Below, one piece after another: positions 1 to 13,617 of a stretch of 64,000 nt of DNA. The stretch's first letter is position 1. Each line of letters starts with the position of its first letter. The notes beneath the pieces are model-generated. The model was not told where the DNA came from. It saw only the letters and a program-made list of their open reading frames with translations, and made no database searches. The DNA is from Octopus sinensis (taxonomy: Eukaryota): contig NC_042998.1 of assembly GCF_006345805.1 (NCBI RefSeq), positions 173,290,001 to 173,354,000 of the forward strand. The letters run 5' to 3'. Position numbers and translations under genes: made by a program.

Positions 1-43
1 CAATTTACAGGGCCTTACGCAGTTATCCTTCAGCCTTGCATGT

Positions 44-62
44 ATTATCATTACTATTATTA

Positions 63-113
<51 letters not shown>
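44..113. repeat. (TTA)n microsatellite
   Basis: Direct trinucleotide run; explains the poly-Leu ORF 36..224. Confidence 0.95.
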
Positions 114-114
<1 letters not shown>

Positions 115-790
115 AGCGGAATCGTTACCGCGCCGAAAGATGCTTAGTGGTATTTCGTCCGTCTTTACTATCTAAGTTCAAATTCCGCCGCGGTCGACTT
201 TGCCTTTCATCCTTACGGGGTTGATAAATTAAGTACCAGTGAAACATTGAGGTCAATGTAATCGACTAATCCCTTCCCCACAAATTCCAGGCCTTGTGCT
301 TTTAGCCGAAAAGATTAATATTATCATTAAGGCAGTGCGCTGGCAGGATCGGTAGCACGCTGGGCAAAATGCTTGGCGTCATTTCGTTTGTCCTTACGTT
401 CTGAGTTCAACTTCCACCGAGCTCGACTTAGCCTTTCATTCTTTCCGGGTTGATAAAAGAAGTTCCTGGTGATCACTGGGCTCAATGTAACCGATAATCA
501 GCACCAAATTTCAGGCCTCGTGCCTATAATATAAAAGGACTATTGTTGTTGTTGTTGTTGTTGTTGTTAAGGCGGCGAGCTGGCAGAATCGTTAGCACGC
601 CGCAACGTGTTTTGTGGCATTTCGTCCGTCTTTACGTTCTGAGTCCAGATGCTACAGAGGCCGACTGCACCTTTCATGCTTTCGGTGTCAATAAAATATA
701 TAATACCAGTTTAGCTACTACTAATATAATATACTAGTGGATGCTACCGACCTCCCTACCCCTCACAACTGCTGACCTTGTGCCAAAACA
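113..790 (+). mobile_element. Three consecutive copies of SINE family 1 (tRNA-derived head GGCGGCGAGCTGGCAGAA, Deu/Nin-like domain), at about 113-320, 329-540 and 569-790
   Basis: Repeated motif GAGTTCAAATTCC..GAGGTCGACTTTGCCTTTCATCC...GATAAATTAAGTACCAG; the same family recurs across the window. Confidence 0.85.
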
Positions 791-989
791 AGGAATGATC
801 ATTATTATTGTAGTATGTTATTGCATGGGTATTAAAAAGATAGCAAATATCGGGTTTTCTTGTTTTCCCTCGTGTTACTTGTCAACTCATAAAGAAATGC
901 CTTACACAGAAAGTAGGAGAAAAAGTTGGAGCAATCTCACACCTAATTCCCGGTCATTTATCAGAATCTTTTAAGTTTCAAATTATATT

Positions 990-1965
990 CCGATAAAAAA
1001 GGGTACTACTTTCCCTTTTCTACTCGACCTACACAGATTCTTAATATTTCTACATTTAAATCATCTCATTCAAGACATTTTCTACTACTTTCCAAATTCC
1101 TTGTCAAAAATATTATCCTTTGAAGGAATTGCACCATCAGTTATGAGACATTCTATTTTATATCAGGGATAATGGTATCCCTGATAATGGGCTGCTCTGT
1201 TAAGCTGTTCATAATGTTGTAAAAAATCTCATAAATTTTTTAAGATCATCTGATATATTTAATGCTCTTTCAGGTACATGAATGTGGCACTGATCTGAAA
1301 TATTGTATTTGCATGTTTTACAATGTGACCAGTGTTAATTCAAGATAACCTTCTAATGACATTTCAGTATCCTTTTTGAATTAACATTATGCTGAATACT
1401 TTTCTCTTGCTGTTTACAGAAGCAGCATTTGTTCATTGATACAGTGGGATAAACACTCTTACTGAACTTGTGTTTATAGGCTCATCCACCAACAAACCTT
1501 TAGTTTCTCTCTTGAAATCTTATCGCAGTCACTTTCAGGACTTGTCGGGATTTTCGATGTTTATAGTGTCTCTCTGGAATTTCTCATCTAACGTGCATTT
1601 ATTTTACAGTTTCTTCTTTTCACAGATTATCCTGCTTTGAGATATTTTCTTCTTTTCAAGACTCACACAAATACGTCTTATATCTGTTGCAGTTTGCTTC
1701 ATTAGCTCTTTGCCCTTTTCAAATCAGTGATATACTCGCATTTGTTTTTCAATCACCCAACCAGAAATGCTAATATCTCTTCTCCCGCCAATCTTTCTTT
1801 TCATATGTAAGCGACGGACAAATTTTGGATGAAGAACTACGTTCATAGTTGGAGATTTTCTCGTTTTTATCTTCATTTCAATATTCCAGCCCCATAACGC
1901 TTGACGGCAACCGCCCGTATTTTGATCAGATTCAACAGTCTCCAGGTCCACGATAATAGCATCAT
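990..1965 (-). mobile_element. Highly degenerate R4/Dong-like non-LTR retrotransposon fragment (RT C-terminal region)
   Basis: Minus-strand LHPKFVRRLHMKRKIGGRRDISI resembles the R4-clade motif LHPxSDVDRLYxxRKEGGRGLISI; Cys/His remnant downstream; many stops and frameshifts. Confidence 0.55.
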
Positions 1966-2029
1966 TCCGAGTAATGTGAATAATAAATATATAACAGATG
2001 GTTAATGATTCATTCCATGTATAGATAGA

Positions 2030-2451
<422 letters not shown>

Positions 2452-2861
2452 CGCAGTATTCTGTATCTTAACACAACCTCTAAATTAAGTTGGCGATAAA
2501 GATTACCATATGGTAGTAATATTGCTTGTGTTACTATTAGTTATTTCTTTTTATAATCTCACTGGATATTTGTGATATCAGTGCTTTAATAATCACTGAT
2601 ATTCTATGTATCGTTGACGGGAGGTTCAGCTATTAAGGAGCCCATAGCAGTGTGAACGAAATCACATGATCTGTCAGTTCCGGTGACCGCAGCATACGGT
2701 CCTCGTCTGTGGACGATTTAATTGCATGTGCTTTTATACAACGTGCATGTATATGAGAAGCTCTAAATAACATAGTATTCTGTGCTCTAATACAACCCCC
2801 AAGTTAAGTTGGCCATCAAGCTTGCCTTTTATTATTAATACCACTTCTGTAACTATTATAT

Positions 2862-3245
2862 AGTGAGTGTTGGGTAAGTAGCTTGCTTTCTAACCACATG
2901 GTTCCAGGTTCAGTCCCACTGCGTGGCACCTTGTGCAAGTGTCGTCTATTATAGCCTCGGGTCGACCAAAGACTTGTGAGTGGATTTGGTAGATGGAAAC
3001 TGAAAGAATCCCGTCGTATATATGTATATGTATTTGTATGTGTGTGCATATGTTTGTGTGTCTGTGTTTGTCCCTCCAACATCGCTTGACAACTGATGCT
3101 GGTGTGTTTACGTAAAAAAAGAGACCGATGGAATAAGTACTAGGCTTCCAAAAAATAAGTCCTGGGGTCGATTTGCTCAACTAAATGCGGTGCTCCAGGA
3201 AGGGCGTGGTCAAATGACTGAAACAAGTAAAAGAGTAAAGAGAGT
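2862..3245 (+). mobile_element. SINE family 2 (tRNA head GGAGTGGCTGTGTGGTAAG, CORE-like box GGCACCTTGGGCAAGTG)
   Basis: A/B-box-like head (GGTTCAGTCCC), CORE-like segment and characteristic tail CAAATGACTGAAACAAGTAAAAGA; many copies in the window. Confidence 0.85.
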
Positions 3246-3879
3246 AAAAAGTATATATATATATATATATATATATACGTGCGTGTGCATGTATATAGAT
3301 ATATATATACGTATGCGTTTGCGTGTATACATATATATATATATATATATGCATTATGCTTATTTACACGTTAATACAATTTGCAATATTTGAAGCAAGA
3401 CATAAGTAAACAAAATACTGTTTGAAGGATTACTAATTTGGTTGAATTAAGCCCCTCCGCAAAGCTGCTTACATAATTATTTCTGAAATTTTGCTAAAGT
3501 GCAACCGAATGGGCAAGTAAGAATTTCTGTTAGATATCTTGTGTTGCAAAATATCAGTATCTTGTGTATATTATATCAAAATTAGGCGTGATGTCTTAAT
3601 TTAAATTGTACGAATACTCAATCAATTATTGTCGTACTATTATCATTCTTACTGAATGCTTTGTCATCTCAAACGCATAATTTTGTCGGATAGCTGCCGT
3701 TCAATTTTAGAAGAACGATATGTCTTAGTTCATCTTCGGGCTCGTAATTTAATTTGTTTTTGTTTTTGTTTTTTTTTTTTGCGAAAGGATTTAGTTGCTG
3801 TTTAGAAGAAATTATTCTTCACCTGTTTTCTTTGTTTTATGTTTTGCGAACTTTTGGGGATTTTCACCGGCAAAATTAT

Positions 3880-4290
3880 TTCTTCCTCATCTTTGCTTCG
3901 CGGTCTCTCATATGCACAGTTCCTGTATGACTCTGTGACTTTGAAGGTTTTATTACAACATACAAATCAATTTCAATATCTTCCAATCAATATGGCACTT
4001 CGTTAACACTGCTTTGGCCATTCGTCCATGCTACAATATAAAGTTATGACTGGCCACGGATCTGCGACATTGCTAGTGTCTCCTCATGTCACACTTCTTT
4101 TTCTTTGACTAATATACGGATGGAAAGTTATATGTATAATTAGAGATATGTCTGATAATTTCAGCCTATGATTTGGCTGCTTTTTCAGTTTTAACGAAAC
4201 AATGAATAGTGCCATAGCTTTTGTCGTCTTCAACTGAAAGGACTCCTGATATGTCGTGGAGAGCCTCAATATATCTGACAATATCAAATG
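3880..4290 (-). mobile_element. Degenerate APE-endonuclease LINE fragment (RTE/CR1-like)
   Basis: Minus-strand remnants SVEDDKSYGTIHCFVKTE and LEDIEIDL...MRDREAKMRK resemble the APE motifs GVGFLV and MGDFNAKIG; interrupted by stops. Confidence 0.35.
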
Positions 4291-4676
4291 CAACATGCGA
4301 TAGATGGGTGGTTGCATGTGATGAAGCTTAGACAAGACAATAAAGAAGCACCATATGTGATCGTAAGATCTACCAGAAAGAGGAGCTCGAAATTCCACCA
4401 AACAGTTCCTATCATCATGAAAAGGACTACTGGGTCAATATACTTGGAAATTCATATTGTCTGAAAAATTATCTGATCGCAAGGCTGGAATACTTCCAAG
4501 TATAGATGAATAGTAAAAGATGATTATGAGAGATAATTAAGAAATGCACTAATTACATGTAAATTCTGATCAAATATAATTCATTATTGTCACTGTTGTA
4601 AAATAATGTAACAACGTCTGAGAAATAACAAATCTGATAAAGCTTAAACATATGTAGCGGGTTCTGATCAGCAAAT

Positions 4677-4735
<59 letters not shown>

Positions 4736-5539
4736 ATATCCCAGTAAAGATCGAGGTTCTTAGGAGGTTAGTGAGGTCATAAGTGAGACATTTTAGTCAT
4801 TTTTCAACACCAGACCAGCTCTGAAAAAAACGAAATACGGCCAAAGACATTATAACCTATTGCAAACCGTATTTTTGATCTTTTAGACATAGCGTATCTT
4901 TATTCTGACTAGTTTTCCTATACAAGAGATAGGAGACAGCACGATTGCGAGAAATAGTCTGGCGTATGTTTGTGAGGAACCTTGTAGGATACAGAAGAGT
5001 TTTATTTGAGGAAAAATTTAGTGGTAATATTTCAAAGATAGAGTAACCACGGCTCAGCTCTCTTGCTAGTTTTGGTTTACAGATTTTGTATATTGCAGAT
5101 CATGATAAGTGGAATGTATAAAAATTATGTGGAAGTATACTCCAGTATATTTCCTTACGAAAGCTATTTTAGCATTTAAATACATACTAATTTTCACTGT
5201 TTACTTCGTTCTTAGAAATTTAGTTCTTCAGTCTATCAGAATAGACAAAACGAATGCCAGAACTGCTGTTCTATTGGATGATAGCGCGTTTAAAGAACAT
5301 TATATAAGAAACTAAAAAAATATAATATAAGAAACAAAATATAATCGCTCTTCGTATCAGTTAAGCTGTTGTCTTGGAGAGACGTCGCATCTCTGGTTAT
5401 ACTTCATAAAAGCTGTGGCAGTTAGCTGTTATTATTCAGGAGAGTTCAGTTGTAAATACTATCAACAAAAGGAACTGTCAATACCAGTATTATACATTAT
5501 TCTTTAGTTAAATGCACAGTGGGTGGCAGAATGAAATTA

Positions 5540-6640
5540 ATTTATATGGGTGTTCTAAAAAGCATTTTCGTCTAATACGACTTGTGTTCTAGATTATGGC
5601 ATAACTTCTTTTTATTAGATTGGTCTGGAGGAGGCGTTGGCAAGCATTCTGAGGTCGGTAATTTTGATGCTGTTAACGGCATCAAACCGTTCACAAGTCG
5701 ATAGTTATAGAAATGACGTGTACTGGGAGAAAACGCTAGTGTCAGCATTCTGGGATGATAGGACTGGAATTCAATAATCGACGCGGAGCTTGGATGAGTG
5801 GACACAGAATGGCTGATGCGAATGAGAGACAAGTTCATCGAGAGATCATCAGTAGAAGCCACACGAGGCACAGACAGATTGAAGACGCAGATGCAATTAT
5901 TTTTGCGTCAGAAAGCCAGAGATAGGAGACAGCATGTTAGTAAGAACGAGTCTGGCGTATGTTTGTGAGTAACCTCTTCGGCTGAGAGGGATTTTAAGAA
6001 ATTATCTAGGATATCTGTTTGTGAAGCAGAAGTACTATTGCAAATGTGGAAACAATGCTCCATTATATGTCACATCCGAGTTTTGCAGGGAATAGTTTTG
6101 GGAAGTGAAGTGAGGAATGTTTTGGTTCTGAGACAAACCAATGTTTGCTCTGTTAAGGATGTGTCTTCTCTGAGACGGACAGTTCTTCAGTTATAATGAC
6201 GATTAGTATCTGAGGTGATTGCAGTATTTGTTTCGCGTGAAGGATGGTTATGAAGTCGTTGCTCGTGGGATCGGTGCATATTTGGCGTGAAGTATCTGGG
6301 TAGATATAGAAGTGGGTGGGATTTGGTGAAGAGTTAAGGACGGTATAATTTACATAGGAGCAGAGCAAGCATTATTGAAGGCAACGTCAAATAGTTTGTT
6401 GGTGTATAAAAGAAGCGAATGGCGGACAAAACCAAAACTTGAGCTACACCAGAGTTGTAGGCGCAGATTAGAAAGACTTCGATCAGTACGTCTCTCAAAA
6501 AATGCCATCTTAACACTGAAGATATGTTTTCCAAAAGGAAGAGAGATGTTGGATGTGAGCTGAATACGGAGTAAAGTTTTTCTTCCAAACTAAATTTTCA
6601 TCACAAGTGAACCTGTACGTTAACTGGATTTTGCGAGTGG
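5540..6640 (-). mobile_element. Degenerate Penelope-like element, RT C-terminal/thumb region; a related short piece lies at about 4905-5090
   Basis: ORFs 6334..6588, 6153..6368 and 5572..5871 give SSHPTSLF..RWHF.RDVLIE and YVNYT..SSP.PTH..RQICTD..DF, similar to PLE RT motifs. The piece GAGATAGGAGACAGCA..GTCTGGCGTATGTTTGTGAG is shared with about 4925. Confidence 0.6.
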
Positions 6641-6689
6641 ATCATAGTCTTGCTGGGTACTGTCTTCAATTATATAGTCAATGACACAG

Positions 6690-6835
6690 ATCCAGAACTT
6701 CATCGACTGATACATATGTTATCGACTTCGGAAGGATGAAAATTGAAGTGCAACTAGACGGAATTTGAACTCGAAACGTAAATGAATTTCAGCAAATATG
6801 TTTTTTTGTCCAACGCTTTACCAATTCTACCAATC
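6690..6835 (-). mobile_element. Degenerate SINE family 1 copy
   Basis: ATCGACTTCGGAAGGATGAAA...GGAATTTGAACTC matches the reverse complement of family 1. Confidence 0.65.
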
Positions 6836-9047
6836 ACCAGTTATAGTTCTAGAATAATAAACCTCAAAAATAGTATAAATTTCATATACATAAGAGATTC
6901 TAAATAATCGCTCTGATTCACCTGAATTCGTTGACTAACGCTAACATGATAGATAGAATTACCTGAACAGGAAGTTTGTAAAGGACCTGCTATATTTCTG
7001 AATCCATTTTATCATTTTATCACGGGAGGATATCAAGATGGTAATCAGGTTCCCTACCATTCAGTAATCATACAATTTACTGGATCATGAAACGACAGCT
7101 TTTCCTGGTCATAACAAGTAATCAAACAAAAACTAAAAAATATTTCCATTTCATTTGTAAATGATTAATTACCTGTGCACACACAAGCAAATAGGAAGAT
7201 ATCACCATCGTATATCTGTCGTTGGAGAATAGATTGGAAAACATTGAGCTCCGTTTTCAATTTCAAATACTTTATATTTTTATTGCTGAGAGCCTTCTGG
7301 TTTTACATGTGCGGCGAATTGTGTCCAGCGATGCAAACGATCGAAATATTTCTCATTATACATATTGTAACTCTGGTAGTCATTAGAGAAAATTATAAAA
7401 CTACATGATACTTATTACATGCAGAAGGAAGAAATGACTTGTGTTTCGTTGTTGCAACACTATTCTTGATAATAGTACTAACACTACTAGAACTTGAGGC
7501 AGAAGCTAAATTGTTTTGTTGATGATGATGTTTTTTTTTTATCGGTAGCCATTAAAATCATATTGGCCCGTACTAACTTTGCGACATCGTTTACATAGTG
7601 TACTACCCGTTATCGAAACGGTTGCCGAATGAGATGAGCTCAGCTGTCATCGAGTAGACAAATAATCAAGAGTTCTAGCATTTTATCAGAAGCTTTTGAA
7701 AAACTACTTGTAAATATTCGAACATAGTAAATCAATAAACACATAGAAGAGGTCTTTTATTTTTTAATGCACTAGGGTGTGATTTTGATTAGATTTATTT
7801 GCTATTTGTAGAAGATCTGACGACTAAATAAAGATTTCCGTTGGTTATATATTATTTCTGGTATTTTTCGTCATGGAAATATTTCAAATTTGGGCTTCCT
7901 CAGGCAGAAAAGCAATCGGAATCAACTGACAAACACTTAACTACGATAAGGAAACTCAAGATTGTAATCTACAGCATATATCAAATACACCATCAAACTA
8001 TAATATGATGCAGTCTACTTAACCTTCACATTAGCTGTTGATCCTATTAAATGTAACCATTGCTTGCTAGAATAACTTAAAGAGCATCTGTTTCATTCAC
8101 ACCTCAATTCTTCTTAACAGCCATATTGTTTCTGCCTAGATTCCATAAAAAGAAAAAAATGTTTCCTCTGTATTTTTTCCTTGAAAAAATTAGGTACCAG
8201 AAATATTAACAAAAATAACCTCATTAATTTAACCCATCTATCTGCCATCTCAAACTATCTCAATACATGCAACTATGATGTTCCAACCAAATAGTTGAAA
8301 TAGGACAAACCAATTTCTGAATGTTGATTTAGTCGACGAAAACTTCGCAACTACTCCTTCTTCGCCGTCTCCTTCTTCGGCTACTGCTGTTTAAACAATC
8401 AAAACCAAGAACCCACATCCCTCATATTAAATATTTCTTCAGACCTGCTACTACCTACCTACCGAACATTCACAACAGTAAATAACAGACAGAAAAAAAG
8501 AAAATGTCCCATGTATTTGAAAATATGGAAATATTTTTAAAAACGCTTCATTTAATTTCCCACAATTTAATTGTTTTTCTTTTTCATGATTTACTCTAAG
8601 TTGAAAAAGTCTCAAAGTCTGAAACCGGTACCTTGTCCTAATTTCCTTATACATATCTACTCGTGTGTTACTTTTCAACCTTCTACATATATATAATCCT
8701 CCGTGGACAACCATCCGAGTGTGCGAAAAGGAAAATAAGAATTACCGAATGGAGTATGGGAAATTCGGGCTACATATGATCAACAGCGAGTGAAACCTTA
8801 ACTCGAAGAGTAGCCAGGGATATACAGCTCACTTGGATTTTACCACTTCTGAGATTCCACTCATATATATATATATATATATATATATAATGGCGGTGCC
8901 CCAGCATGGCCACAGCTCATTAGCTGAAACTGGAAAAATCAAAAATCAAAAAATCAAATCATGTGTGTGTGTGTGTGTCTATGCCTCTATATACACACAC
9001 ACATATATATATGTATGTATGTATATACGTATGTATGTATGTATGTA

Positions 9048-9369
9048 TGTGACCAAAACCGCCACCACCGTTACCGACCAGGCTATCAGATGTTGCTACA
9101 CATCGCTGGTCACAATGCGCTTCACATGGTTTTAACCTTCAAATGACGCCACCCTGCTGGCTAAGCGAGCAGGCCAACAGACGAAAGAGTGAGAGAAAGT
9201 TGTGGCGAAAGAGTACAGCGGAGATCGCCTCCCCCCCCCCACTGCCGGGGCTTCGTGGAGCTTTAGGTGTTTTCGTTCAATAAACACTCACAACGCCCGA
9301 TCTGGGAATCGAAACCGCGATCCTACAACCGCGAGCCCGCTGCCCTAACCACTGGGCCATTGCGCCTCA
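9048..9369 (-). mobile_element. SINE family 3 (tRNA-derived)
   Basis: Minus-strand head GTGAGGCGCAATGGCCCAGTGGTTAGGGCAGCG...GGTTTCGATTCCC with clear A and B boxes, followed by a non-tRNA body. Confidence 0.8.
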
Positions 9370-9441
9370 CATGTATGTATGTATGTATGTATGTATGTAT
9401 GTATGTGTGCATATATATATATATATATGTATGTATGTATG

Positions 9442-9488
<47 letters not shown>

Positions 9489-9509
9489 ATATATATATAT
9501 ATACACATT

Positions 9510-9583
<74 letters not shown>

Positions 9584-9596
9584 CATACGTATATAC

Positions 9597-9628
<32 letters not shown>
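9370..9628. repeat. (TATG)n/(TA)n compound microsatellite
   Basis: Direct repeat runs. Confidence 0.95.
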
Positions 9629-9929
9629 GGCAGCGATTGCATATTTAACCTCATCAGACAGTAGCTCTGGCATATACTGACAAATGTCGTAAGTTCATCT
9701 TCTTAAGCAGTCATTTTGACAAAATTTCTTCTCAGTTTTAACTTTACACCACCGCCGCATTTATTCTCTCTTTATTTACATGTTTGTTATTTGTTTGATT
9801 TTATAAATATAAACTTTAACAAGACCCCACCCCCACCCTAAAAGACAAAATAAAAACAAAACATCAGCCCCTAAACTAAGGTAGAGGAATTACGCTCCCA
9901 TCTCAATCCCTCACCATACTCGTTTTCTT

Positions 9930-9960
9930 TTACTACTACTACTACTATTACTACTACTAT

Positions 9961-9998
<38 letters not shown>

Positions 9999-10042
9999 TT
10001 ACTAATACTAATACTACTACCACCACCACCACTACCACTACC
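9930..10042. repeat. (TAC)n/(CAC)n microsatellite
   Basis: Direct trinucleotide runs; explain the poly-Val and poly-Ser ORFs. Confidence 0.95.
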
Positions 10043-11329
10043 ACTGGAATGAGCTGTCGCCATGACAACGACGTTTGTTAGTGTATCTTCATAAAAACCA
10101 CACATGAAATTGGACAAAGATGTACGACATAGAAACTGAAAGAAATCTTGTGATAAAATGTTACCTCTTCCTCGTGGCTTCATTTGGTAATTATGGATGA
10201 AGGCCGCATCATGTAACCGCTTCCAGTGCTGCGTCCACGACTCTCCACATTGTCTTCTCTAACGCTGACCCAGACTCTACTCGAAGTCGACAGTATACAG
10301 CAATGGAAACGGGTTTCATAATATTTTTGTTATCTTTGTAGCAACATTTGTGCGATAATTATTGTTGTTGAAGCTGTAGGGCTGTATCTAATGTCGTTGC
10401 TACTATTCTTCTGGTCGCTTTATCAGGACTACTAAATATCCTTACTGCTGTAAATAAAGCAACTGGACTTACTACTTCCATTATACTGTATTCGGGAGAG
10501 TATCTTCTCCTGCCTCTATCGTCTCAAACTGCAGAAATATATACGATGTCGCTTGATGTGCTGCCAATATCAGCCAAATCTTCCTCAAACACATCCTGTT
10601 GTTTTAAACGAGACAAACATAATTTATATTTGCCACATAGGGTTTGTGCACACACAACAACTTGTATACACACACTTACACCCGCACGCACACTCACACA
10701 CATACACAAAAACACACATACACACACTCAAACATGCATTCGCATATGGATATATAGCCATGTGTGTACGCGATTGTGAATGTTTGTGTTTCTGAGTGTG
10801 CGTATGTGTGTATAGGTAAATTTATTATTACTGTTTCTTCTTCACTTCTGTTGCCGGTAACCCCTCTATATCATCGTTGCTGCAATCATTGCCGCGGGTG
10901 TCTACATCACAAATATCGTTTTTGTTTCTTACTATTGTAGCTATTGTTCATGTCGGATTTGATGCTGGTGCTGATATTAATGTTGAATTATTGCTTCTGG
11001 TAGGGAAATTGATCGTAATAATCGAAACATACTTATTTTCTTCCCTCTCCTCTAAAAGAGGCAATTACATAGGCCTGTTATGGGAATCATCTGGCACCGT
11101 CTTTCAGTAGCCATGTTGAAATGAATTTCTGCTGCAAAATGAGAAAAAAAAAAAAAACTTTTCTTTTCCCAAATGCTAAAGATATATGACAATTAAGCTC
11201 TCCTCCTGTGCAATGATATAATAACAATAAAAACGACAGAATAGCGAGCTAAATATATAAAATGAGATAAATGAAGCAGTATATGCAATCTGGTTCTGCT
11301 CCAAAGCACATCTATTCTACAACATTTCT

Positions 11330-12380
11330 AACATTACAAATAATGATTCCTAACACAGAGTAATACCTCAAATTTTGCATCCTACTTCGCTTTAATCTAG
11401 CTCTATTTTTTTGCCTCTTCCTGTCTTTCTTTTCTCCTTGATATTTCCTAATTTCCTGAGTCAATCTCCTGATCTCTGTAAAACGTATGCCTGAACCTGG
11501 TGCTAGGAATCATCCGGCTTTGTGTTGCAGATGAAAGGAGCTGTGTGGTTACTCAGTATCCAATCTCAACGATTTCTAACGTTAATGGTTTTGAGGACAA
11601 GATCCTTCTCTTTGTCTGTTTCTGCTGTTATCATTCTTAGAGTATCATCTGCGATCTATATTTCTCGAAGTTGCACTTCAGGAGGCTGACGTTGTAGTTA
11701 TTGTATTTAACCATCTCGTTTCCACTTCCTCACTTGTCATCAGAAGGCACCGAAGAGGTCCTTAATCCTTCAAAAGAAGCAATTAGACATTGTAGTCTGA
11801 ATCACGAGCTTGACTGACTCTATGTCCATTCCTGAGTGGGTTATACTGAGGTAATATTGTACTCTTTGTGGTTCATTAGTACAAAGAGATCCAAACAGAT
11901 CTCACTCCCAAAACGTCATTCTGGGTCTTCATTGTACTTGCGACTGTAACACTTTGCACAAAACTGACACAATAAACCTTGGGGTTTTGTATTCAAATAT
12001 TCAGCATGCGGAATAAGTTTCTCACTTAATTTCTGGTCTTAGATAGCAAACACTTCAATGTGATTACTCCGGGAACAAACAGTCTATTACACATGGTTAG
12101 AACTACCAATAACCATTCTTTTGAAGCCATATGAAAACCTATCCGTTATTTGCAACTTAAATATGTGTTATTTTTTTCCTCACATAAGGAGGCATTCTGA
12201 TTTATGATTAACATCTCCACCTTTCTTCGTTTCCATGGTGCTGACTTATGTCTAGAAATTCATTATCAGCAGCAGAAAAGGCAATTGATATTAAATTTGT
12301 GCTCTGGTTATTTTCTGACACTGCATCTATCACATCAGTTGGCATTTTCAAGCGTATGTGTAAATATTTAGATTTTAAGT
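11330..12380 (-). mobile_element. Degenerate CR1/Jockey-group LINE RT fragment
   Basis: Minus-strand GCAGATGATACT (ADDT, catalytic YADD-like) at about 11645-11660, preceded by a GPLLF-like remnant at about 11745-11765. Confidence 0.5.
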
Positions 12381-12849
12381 TTTATCTATTTGTTTAATAG
12401 TCAAGTTGTTATTTTTGTATTTGAAACCCTGACCAAGATTTTCAACGAATCGTTTTGCAACTATGTAGAGATAAACTCTGGAAAAAGTGAGAAACTGGCA
12501 AAAAAGAAGGAAAGGATTAAATGAAAGTGGGTTAAATTTATTTCATAGATAATATTATACACAGTACGATGACTAAACCCTTTTACAGCTGCCAATCAAG
12601 TGGCTAGTTTGAACTGCCAATACATAATACAAATGCCTGCTAAAACCAATGCTAGAGGCGAAATTTCTTCCTTTTCAAGAAATGACGAAGGAACCTATAA
12701 ATAATCTGAATGTATTTGTCAAACAATACAGAGTGTAAATGGGTAGAAAGAAACTTATTTCCATTTGGAAATCATTGAGAAATGCACTGTGTAGACTAGA
12801 GCATTGTTAAACGCATGTTTGCTTGAGCATAGTGTAATAACAATAATGA

Positions 12850-13062
12850 AAACCCTTTCTAATATTGGCACAAGGCCTGAAATCATGGGGGAGGTTATAA
12901 ACCGATTACACGAACCCCAGTGCGTAACTGGTACTTATTTCATCGACTCTGAAGAGATAAAACGCTAAGTTGACATCGGTGGAATTTGATCTCAGAAGGT
13001 AAAGACGGGCGAAATACCACTCAGCATTTTGCTCGGCGTGCTAACCATATCAGCTTGTGACC
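12850..13062 (-). mobile_element. SINE family 1 copy
   Basis: CCCCAGTGCGTAACTGGTACTTATTT..ATCGAC...GGAATTTGATCTCAGAAGGTAAAGACGG. Confidence 0.8.
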
Positions 13063-13065
13063 TTA

Positions 13066-13072
13066 GTACTAT

Positions 13073-13137
<65 letters not shown>

Positions 13138-13139
13138 AC

Positions 13140-13170
<31 letters not shown>

Positions 13171-13184
13171 TGATAATAATAATG

Positions 13185-13233
<49 letters not shown>

Positions 13234-13328
13234 TATAATAATAATAATATAATAATAATAATAATAATGAATAATAATGATAATAATAATAATAATAATA
13301 AATAATAATAATAATGATAATAATAATG

Positions 13329-13359
<31 letters not shown>

Positions 13360-13370
13360 TAATAATAATG

Positions 13371-13416
<46 letters not shown>

Positions 13417-13446
13417 TATAATAATAATAATAATAATAATATAATG

Positions 13447-13498
<52 letters not shown>

Positions 13499-13513
13499 TA
13501 ATAATAATGATAA

Positions 13514-13560
<47 letters not shown>

Positions 13561-13617
13561 TAATAATAATATATAATAATAATAATAATATAATAATAAT
13601 ATAATAATAATAATAAT
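13066..13617. repeat. (ACT)n followed by a ~480-bp (AAT)n array
   Basis: Direct trinucleotide runs. Confidence 0.97.

Noticed and set aside
6964-7260. Apparent minus-strand exon pair with a short GT-AG intron (donors at about 7172 and 6963)
   Set aside because: All spliced frames hit stops quickly and no recognisable protein results; a non-coding exon cannot be excluded.
9630-9665. CTGATGA-GGTT..AATC on the minus strand
   Set aside because: No GAAA or stem III follows; truncated by a microsatellite.
10475-10526. Minus-strand AG..GTAAGT-bounded segment
   Set aside because: Stops in all three frames.
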